From the NCBI GenBank assembly GCA_032718475.1, contig JAUCBJ010007195.1, positions 29,277-93,276 of the forward strand: a stretch of DNA of 64,000 bases. Direction: 5' to 3'. This document shows positions 61,201-64,000 of the stretch, one piece after another (positions within the stretch are counted from its first letter, which is position 1; each line of letters begins with the position of its first letter). Under the pieces are notes generated by a model, which did not search any database, had not been told where the DNA came from, and saw nothing but the letters and a program-made list of their open reading frames with translations. The DNA is from Nemertoderma westbladi (taxonomy: Eukaryota; Animalia; Xenacoelomorpha). The position numbers and the translations under genes are program-made.

Positions 61201-63875
61201 GAATAAATAGGGTTACACACAAATAATAGGAATAAATAGGGTTACACACAAAATAATAGGAATAAATAGGGTTACACACAAATAATAGGAAGAAATAGGG
61301 TTACATCACAAAATAATAGGAATAAATAGGGTTACACACAAAATAATAGGAATAAATAGGGTTACACACACAAATAATAGGAATAAATAGGGTTACACAC
61401 ACAAATAATAGGAATAAATAGGGTTACACACAAATAATAGGAATAAATAGGGTTACATACACAAATAATAGGAATAAATAGGGTTACACACAAAATAATA
61501 GGAATAAATAGGGTTACATACAAAATAATAGGAATAAATAGGGTTACACACACAAATAATAGGAATAAATAGGGTTACATACACAAATAATAGGAAGAAA
61601 TAGGGTTACACACAAAATAATAGGAAGAAATAGGGTTACACACAAAATAATAGGAATAAATAGGGTTACACACAAAATAATAGGAATAAATAGGGTTACA
61701 CACAAAATAATAGGAATAAATAGGGTTACACACAAAATAATAGGAATAAATAGGGTTACACACAAAATAATAGGAATAAATAGGGTTACATACACAAATA
61801 ATAGGAATAAATAGGGTTACACACAAAATAATAGGAATAAATAGGGTTACATACACAAATAATAGGAATAAATAGGGTTACACACACAAATAATAGGAAT
61901 AAATAGGGTTACACACAAAATAATAGGAATAAATAGGGTTACACACAAATAATAGGAATAAATAGGGTTACATACACAAATAATAGGAAGAAATAGGGTT
62001 ACACACAAAATAATAGGAAGAAATAGGGTTACACACAAAATAATAGGAAGAAATAGGGTTACACACAAAATAATAGGAAGAAATAGGGTTACACACAAAA
62101 TAATAGGAATAAATAGGGTTACACACAAAATAATAGGAATAAATAGGGTTACACACAAAATAATAGGAATAAATAGGGTTACACACAAATAATAGGAATA
62201 AATAGGGTTACATACACAAATAATAGGAATAAATAGGGTTACACACACAAATAATAGGAATAAATAGGGTTACACACAAAATAATAGGAAGAAATAGGGT
62301 TACACACAAAATAATAGGAATAAATAGGGTTACACACAAAATAATAGGAATAAATAGGGTTACATACACAAATAATAGGAATAAATAGGGTTACACACAA
62401 ATAATAGGAATAAATAGGGTTACATACACAAATAATAGGAATAAATAGGGTTACACACAAATAATAGGAATAAATAGGGTTACACACAAAATAATAGGAA
62501 TAAATAGGGTTACACACAAAATAATAGGAATAAATAGGGTTACACACAAAATAATAGGAATAAATAGGGTTACACACAAAATAATAGGAAGAAATAGGGT
62601 TACACACACAAATAATAGGAATAAATAGGGTTACACACAAAATAATAGGAATAAATAGGGTTACACACACAAATAATAGGAATAAATAGGGTTACATACA
62701 CAAATAATAGGAATAAATAGGGTTACACACAAAATAATAGGAATAAATAGGGTTACATACACAAATAATAGGAATAAATAGGGTTACACACAAAATAATA
62801 GGAATAAATAGGGTTACACACAAAATAATAGGAATAAATAGGGTTACACACAAAATAATAGGAATAAATAGGGTTACACACACAAATAATAGGAATAAAT
62901 AGGGTTACACACACAAATAATAGGAATAAATAGGGTTACACACAAAATAATAGGAATAAATAGGGTTACACACAAAATAATAGGAATAAATAGGGTTACA
63001 CACACAAATAATAGGAATAAATAGGGTTACACACACAATAATAGGAATAAATAGGGTTACACACACAAATAATAGGAATAAATAGGGTTACACACAAAAT
63101 AATAGGAATAAATAGGGTTACATACAAAATAATAGGAATAAATAGGGTTACACACAAAATAATAGGAATAAATAGGGTTACACACAAAATAATAGGAATA
63201 AATAGGGTTACATACACAAATAATAGGAATAAATAGGGTTACATACACAAATAATAGGAATAAATAGGGTTACACACACAAATAATAGGAATAAATAGGG
63301 TTACATACACAAATAATAGGAATAAATAGGGTTACACACACAAATAATAGGAAGAAATAGGGTTACATACACAAATAATAGGAATAAATAGGGTTACACA
63401 CAAAATAATAGGAAGAAATAGGGTTACACACAAAATAATAGGAATAAATAGGGTTACACACAAAATAATAGGAATAAATAGGGTTACACACAAAATAATA
63501 GGAATAAATAGGGTTACACACAAAATAATAGGAATAAATAGGGTTACATACACAAATAATAGGAATAAATAGGGTTACACACAAAATAATAGGAATAAAT
63601 AGGGTTACACACACAAATAATAGGAATAAATAGGGTTACACACAAAATAATAGGAAGAAATAGGGTTACACACAAAATAATAGGAAGAAATAGGGTTACA
63701 CACAAAATAATAGGAAGAAATAGGGTTACACACAAAATAATAGGAATAAATAGGGTTACACACAAAATAATAGGAATAAATAGGGTTACACACAAAATCA
63801 TTGAGTACTTACAATCGGTATATAAGCTTCCGAACATTCAGAGCTTTCGGAATCAGTATCCTTTTGGGTGAGGTA
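21535..63875 (-). CDS. Multi-exon FN3-repeat protein gene (partial). Exons in transcription order: 63813-63875, 49065-49243, 48816-48960, 48478-48690, 48131-48274, 22050-22277, 21535-21756
   Basis: All exons have AG/GT boundaries with compatible phases and join into one open frame. FN3-type patterns include ATLAWD...GYKVYING, LRIGWSP...DHYKL, LDPECTYAIHL and ATIHWTP...GYRILVNG. Further exons between 22277 and 48131 cannot be excluded. Confidence 0.8.
22842..23046. repeat. ~48-bp minisatellite (tagtgtatcagtatcactatgcagggctccacggattacacctagtaa), about 4 copies, plus a further part-copy at ~23324-23360
   Basis: Directly visible tandem copies. Confidence 0.85.
23047..23323 (+). mobile_element. 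3'-terminal fragment of an RTE-type LINE
   Basis: Translation RLRFAGHCIRR...LALWQP...KDTGL...MGDRELWR matches the typical RTE ORF C-terminus. It is flanked by atca(c/t)tatgca. Confidence 0.7.
23764..23924. repeat. 19-bp minisatellite (tcgctggtagaaccatgga), ~8.5 perfect copies
   Basis: Directly visible. Confidence 0.95.
24244..26754 (-). CDS. rec8: Rad21/Rec8-family alpha-kleisin (meiotic cohesin Rec8-like), ~836 aa, essentially a single coding exon
   Basis: N-terminal Rad21/Rec8 domain MFW...LGIFWYAG...SLRLAAILYGGIVRVY...LHED and C-terminal winged helix SAALTFNFLLQ...LSQKSPYGPIHV. ExxR sites are present. ATG at 26754, acceptor CAG at 26762-26764 and donor GTAAGT at 27170 suggest a 5' intron. 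Rec8 versus Rad21/Rad21L is inferred from divergence. Confidence 0.85.
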   Translation of the reverse strand: MFWENKICSLHTPLGIFWYAGIHRLTYKEAQNKQPNIFRNFLKSSISTSCVEVLKYLQGIHVELSRGNLSPKGKMSLRLAAILYGGIVRVYEYQMIRLHEDALKARKGVYRMVSITSARRDQQLVNLNADALGGGHCINIPDDHIELEAAFGMLFDADNDPFLREVSRQLRGSGDGFPDLGPALIPRPDAADRTVVQDIRSITLLEPPALAPESVFGPETFGDEHLSFAEREEQFLQQLASFGYEEMVSRDSVVEGWKGGGKVGEGGSKEGEGGRKEGEGGRREGEGGRMEGEGGRREGEGGRRTEGAPVPDEGPPGVVPEGPPTREPGRRKRPIPPDSGPPGDGKRKRLATPGATSESDVAVEGPRGLAGSLGLSRGANESARLTAVSGEGPVVLEGGVEQSVPVVMDTDVPGQGEMGPHGLAPQPDGLAPQPDGLAPQPDGLGPQGDGLGPQHDGLAPQPDGLAPQPDGLAPQPDGLAPQPDGLAPQTDGLAPQAAPAVGPPRPRKRKLRVDNVISLPVATLKFNIGHSEGICWHPSDIFVDDTAVGLRESGRIDMGGPSRRLPGLSGELHGRLWGRRPGVPGTATLPLGPAPPTERNRTADLSLPEPFRSLETSVEPQRSGHIVPDASLAESDRRVSGLSEKSDTLGPAVEGMLGQLRESLQDSVTGTSGIVPGTEYFRDISEVAMVTDTSVPQVPDIEMGRPSLVAEQRESDSSVQQSSMLSSRSRFSTSSSFDPKFYRHAKVLADSNIRSSLRSAVPTLFSEFCQPSRNSRMSAALTFNFLLQCAAKQQVSLSQKSPYGPIHVSSLVANSHYQLPFSLTPSEETDSSSTLQ
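25268..25492 (-). repeat. 21-bp coding repeat (PDGLAPQ, ~11 copies) within the kleisin
   Basis: Visible in both DNA and translation. Confidence 0.9.
25844..25980 (-). repeat. 21-bp coding repeat (EGEGGR[R/K/M], 5 copies plus degenerate ones) within the kleisin
   Basis: Visible in both DNA and translation. Confidence 0.9.
28472..30057 (+). repeat. 5' LTR (1586 bp)
   Basis: Direct repeat of 38527-40112; only two substitutions noticed (near 28715 and 28945). Confidence 0.96.
28770..29680 (+). ncRNA. Array of structured RNA modules in the LTR: 6 kink-turn/UUCG hairpins, 3 loop-E/GAAA hairpins and 2 GACTGC-CCTTA-GCGGTC hairpins (repeated at +10055 in the 3' LTR)
   Basis: Repeated units with compensatory stem changes (ccgttc/gaacgg vs ccgtac/gtacgg; gaccc/gggtc vs gactc/gagtc). 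Structure is inferred by eye. Confidence 0.6.
30353..30544 (+). CDS. 63-aa upstream ORF overlapping the gag start (ATGA)
   Basis: ATG start and protein-like amphipathic pattern. Its stop TGA overlaps the gag ATG at 30541-30544. Confidence 0.45.
   Translation: MEVSITPIDIIQVEPGIWHVEVEVQGTNVGRFRITVRVVQAEYNTYEELFYDIAYLAIEEALQ
30541..34518 (+). CDS. BEL/Pao Gag-protease fused in frame to the integrase C-terminal region (internally deleted polyprotein, 1325 aa)
   Basis: DUF1759-like FEGDPVDYLRF...KLVYLSQYL...AWKTLDKRYGN; three Cys/His knuckles (CLFCGEKHKVEFC, CFRCLGTGHYVREC, CTVCNDQRHHTLLH); protease AFLDNGS; C-terminus LTPNHLLG...WAQEYL...VGDMVLV...WPVARV...DGLARTV...RPIQKLCLL. No RT DD motif. 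Confidence 0.92.
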   Translation: MTTNNISDTDEMDHHTDSEADEVPNVKNMTRRLGALKGGVTRAYQRMEKQLKGVKTPLNEVQTQLQSIRNILQRYERMIQAYQELVPPTDQENYPKLEEHVVHLDGFRKQHRRTLSLVRGYEEQYYKRAERTDAESVRSSSIRTGVHHKRMGSTRNQHSSARSEISGSARSSQGAPPLRDQLRERKALALKARMEDEYIQLQAEQDVLAAETQRREAEQAAERQAEQREQEAEQHRREAERQAEQRKQEAEQRKQEAEQHRREAERQAEQHRREDERQAEQRKQEAEQRGREAEREIEQRKWEAEMRKQHAEAQAILIHKKNADIAKLAEYEAALIERDIQLYEDWERDIDQEYEPIPVPELEKSFTPTAAKPPKPEIPPTKQSTLSAQAPVFHPPPATLKNEEPYFPSNTTTASVPKYEPEKDSERDATPRSNNPFTSTPQTRSRVIIKTPPTIDPSSMGVSANNYNPPSHSSSDNVSIIRALENRLAMPKMEIRTFEGDPVDYLRFKKRFFAQIGSTDIADAQKLVYLSQYLGDKPRRIVACFEGGSHEAYYDAWKTLDKRYGNTGTIINKTLEKLIQDAGSLGDPQNLQEFSDSMKDAYYTLKPLNKEDQVNNILNLRQIARKFPGWLQSKWAYKCVDLRRRHPDQDPSFLEMSAFLDDISEAMNDSMFSKQSLAKLDAMESNYQSRAPTPNPRFRPTPVSAMAISMAEDSDDEDYEEPTSAEEWACYLANWAPEREGTTASPICLFCGEKHKVEFCRKFQFAELVPRFEAIMKHRGCFRCLGTGHYVRECDQRSCCTVCNDQRHHTLLHIPANFDFTTLPFRIEARRRGETNHIFKGTRTTQRRETNPFKISTNTPQVTNISATINLINRRYMVFAKVIPVRIQGVGKSLTTLAFLDNGSDGTIIDRDFLEQLGLEYEPCKRPIQTITDNREVESGEVQLQMEGVMKGYETAKLTIKNALVHTDLRVRFRQSAEYAPLIQLDRDDVDLRCPQLDVNRITLLIGLDTPELHIPTGDIARSINQDDGFYAERTIMGWTLCGIKEETTDTYTYLPKCQIKENVTSVGYCSVSDLDEDLFLETEKTQREMTKYFNLETQEFAEKDENPSEEDQYCMDVLDQATFKDGHWRVPMLWWIIRLLMIIMMLITLTPLIGEHGLICRNTRMANASVESLTPNHLLGRPKTHLLPETMFPDPNEIAKHTNWKKAQALAAHWWRIWAQEYLITLRTRRKWNNTHRNVAVGDMVLVREDLKDRVHWPVARVVTIHPSKDGLARTVTIRTKAGHYQRPIQKLCLLEGNDSGDSTRGDKFPTDPAADIGDNYKCV
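34790..35227 (+). repeat. Three copies each of two interleaved repeat modules between the ORFs (probable structured RNA)
   Basis: ggggcgtaggcggtgtaacgagtccagctgtagatccc at ~34815, ~34982 and ~35157; gttattctggtggg...ccac(a/g)tgacttc at ~34882, ~34951 and ~35081. Confidence 0.8.
35762..38362 (+). CDS. Extra retrotransposon ORF (866 aa): N-terminal DEDDy/WRN-EXD-like 3'-5' exonuclease fold, disordered linker, C-terminal Cys/His zinc knuckles
   Basis: Intact 2.6-kb ORF. LPTDIQKILFDFDVIKIGSDIKADV...CIDTQ...KSGIGYLA resembles WRN/EXD exonuclease motifs. CPYCAISGHDVSVC and CTKCGFRGHSASPRC are knuckles. No signal peptide or TM segment is apparent. Confidence 0.75.
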   Translation: MDPNRQIIGELRNTVDLLEYSQPGSPDFDTNWNILLNENVREIKFTGREGPDSKNLRALRLADATTSLKRTRNAKATGGDDSSFWETFRQSVYRSRCLIYDNEGNATPTSKAITLARCQSFVDDKSTYLAHWGNLSECTATLREERVSIIQNRDDYQEKYGAKEYGRSLVVVLGTLDGLVLVCRIFPTPRHEVQAAGAIWLLPTDIQKILFDFDVIKIGSDIKADVRNDYANAPAGRNRRNDLNALSHCIDTQTLLAWLRFAEFMRGFQEVRPTKSGIGYLAVLNGGIDFKPQKFRDYNKIYGGYPGLEIKSEREGRWKDVDRKWTIHQRWENPDRRSYIYVVMECYTVAKFICKTLDNLIKAVPLSFVDYDWNEVINHAFKAVENITPGESKTPAVIDSWDESGPYDIPTITELLGAEEPLISSEGEEIWLNEGVLLSTPKRQLEPEAAYGPAAKRVASAEPIKRAGVYTPRGSGSPAREVATTAALSDFGDICQRLSPYPFPGGEDWSSEIPSTSHQRTRSAILVEEGPSDAPTPDDLLGIPTSKTPAPLRRPAVATTPAVPQDPMRLTRWYAEQTEWIHRQKRSSELRPSGHKEGYRSENILRKSPAFRGLPITENIPKSDRRLEYYAGVPIPIFPGREMQLEVCDDCGSEQCPRSRRNRVTDSCLQLLGILYCPYCAISGHDVSVCPILYNLCTKCGFRGHSASPRCYIKCPTKDVTAMGNMVMFETYANSHLKTKFRRNARNIAQEMACGYFSFPERLHTSASLPFHYVDLLLSAGLFGPFEVIRRLYSYKEEFGDGEWFLEARNSELERRTDMIPMPSKGRAARRQAEALLTMDVDAPLPAIAIDESRRAKRRKAYQKKK
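38527..40112 (+). repeat. 3' LTR (1586 bp)
   Basis: Direct repeat of 28472-30057, preceded by the PPT and followed by the TSD. Confidence 0.96.
40399..40705. mobile_element. MITE-like element (~307 bp) with repeated inverted subterminal motifs
   Basis: cccatgtgaagaataccagg occurs twice on the left and its reverse complement twice on the right. A 9-bp flanking direct repeat cagttgggc lies at 40390-40398 and 40706-40714. Confidence 0.6.
41435..41953 (+). CDS. 172-aa single-exon protein of unknown function with two hydrophobic segments
   Basis: ATG-TAA ORF with higher GC than its flanks and AATAAA signals at ~41952 and ~41966. Confidence 0.6.
   Translation: MDFIADLFIKYRRKRDYLEDKCSSSINSLYSKIIPEDSDNIGEIYRHHTSRAIQYLNPSWAQETVPRPTITNISEQLSRAKQTRVYETATQPQFITGFLSVFFLTYYKKHFRVQTFASFGTGVALGAVFYSKIIVRSYERVTSYITFGNLGMGPDDYRDAWRYAKKVRSGTQ
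42045..47575 (+). CDS. glrx5: Monothiol glutaredoxin (GLRX5-like, probably mitochondrial), ~284 aa; exons 42045-42560, 42873-43043, 47408-47575
   Basis: The spliced product reads KKDK/VVIFIKGTPSHPLCRFS...GIKRYSMWPTTPM/VYFDEEFMGGSD. Both introns are GT-AG and phase 0. The N-terminus is basic and resembles a transit peptide. Confidence 0.85.
43050..46927. repeat. 23-bp G-rich satellite (cagatagggagggaggtgggtgg), ~168 units, in GLRX5-like intron 2
   Basis: Directly visible; begins 6 nt after the donor site. Confidence 0.98.
48131..49243 (-). CDS. Cluster of four FN3-gene exons separated by short introns
   Basis: Exon lengths 179, 145, 213 and 144 nt. Junctions read QLR/SSTWES, VFTD/GQPCERY and DHYK/LIHINE. 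Confidence 0.88.
49334..49980. mobile_element. Foldback MITE (MULE-like), 647 bp, with ~200-bp imperfect terminal inverted repeats
   Basis: Ends GGATAGGTCTAATTAAGGACAAT...ATTGTCCTTAATTAGACCTATCC with long internal inverted similarity. The flanking direct repeat is cactttag(a/c). Confidence 0.85.
50220..51122. repeat. 41-bp satellite (ggtaacacgcacaaataaactccttaaataggaagaaatat), ~22 units
   Basis: Directly visible. Confidence 0.95.
52022..63797. repeat. 29-32-bp satellite (aaataataggaataaatagggttacacac[a]), ~390 units; a few units also at 51170-51290
   Basis: Directly visible; length varies in the (ac)n/a tract. Confidence 0.98.
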
Positions 63876-64000
63876 CTATAGGTTAATAAATAATATGTAA
63901 CGTATTTTGGGGCAACGACATACTGAGGCTGCTCATCTTAAATGTCACAAATTCCAAACGCGTTCCATAATGTTAAATGAAAATGTTACTGGCCATTTCA

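Noticed and set aside
52022-63797. Telomeric repeat (TAGGGTTA in each unit)
   Set aside because: There is only one partial motif per 30-bp unit, no (TTAGGG)n run, and the array is intronic.
50044-63837. CNPIYSYY/VTLFIPII repeat ORFs
   Set aside because: Satellite translations with constant frame changes.

Overview
This is AT-rich animal (invertebrate-like) genomic DNA with spliceosomal genes. Most of the window lies inside one minus-strand gene for a fibronectin type III (FN3) repeat protein. Seven exons were reconstructed between 21535 and 63875, and three of its introns are giant. Those introns contain a 30-bp satellite (>18 kb) built from the gene's own exon/intron junction, with a 5'-truncated LINE inserted in it. 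They also contain a Rec8/Rad21 kleisin gene with an essentially single coding exon, a very young 11.6-kb BEL/Pao LTR retrotransposon, a 172-aa ORF and a divergent GLRX5-like gene with a G-rich 23-bp intronic satellite. Two MITE-like elements and a 41-bp/30-bp satellite pair complete the set. The most unusual object is the LTR element. It lacks RT, RNase H and the integrase core, but carries an extra 866-aa ORF with a DEDDy-like exonuclease fold and zinc knuckles, plus an ATGA-coupled upstream ORF. It also carries three families of repeated structured RNA modules. One is a six-copy array of covarying kink-turn/UUCG hairpins in the LTR. Another is a 24-nt invariant loop-E/GAAA hairpin present in the LTR and inside both ORFs in different reading frames. 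The third is a set of nested modules between the ORFs. All family calls come from motif recognition by eye, and no database searches were run.
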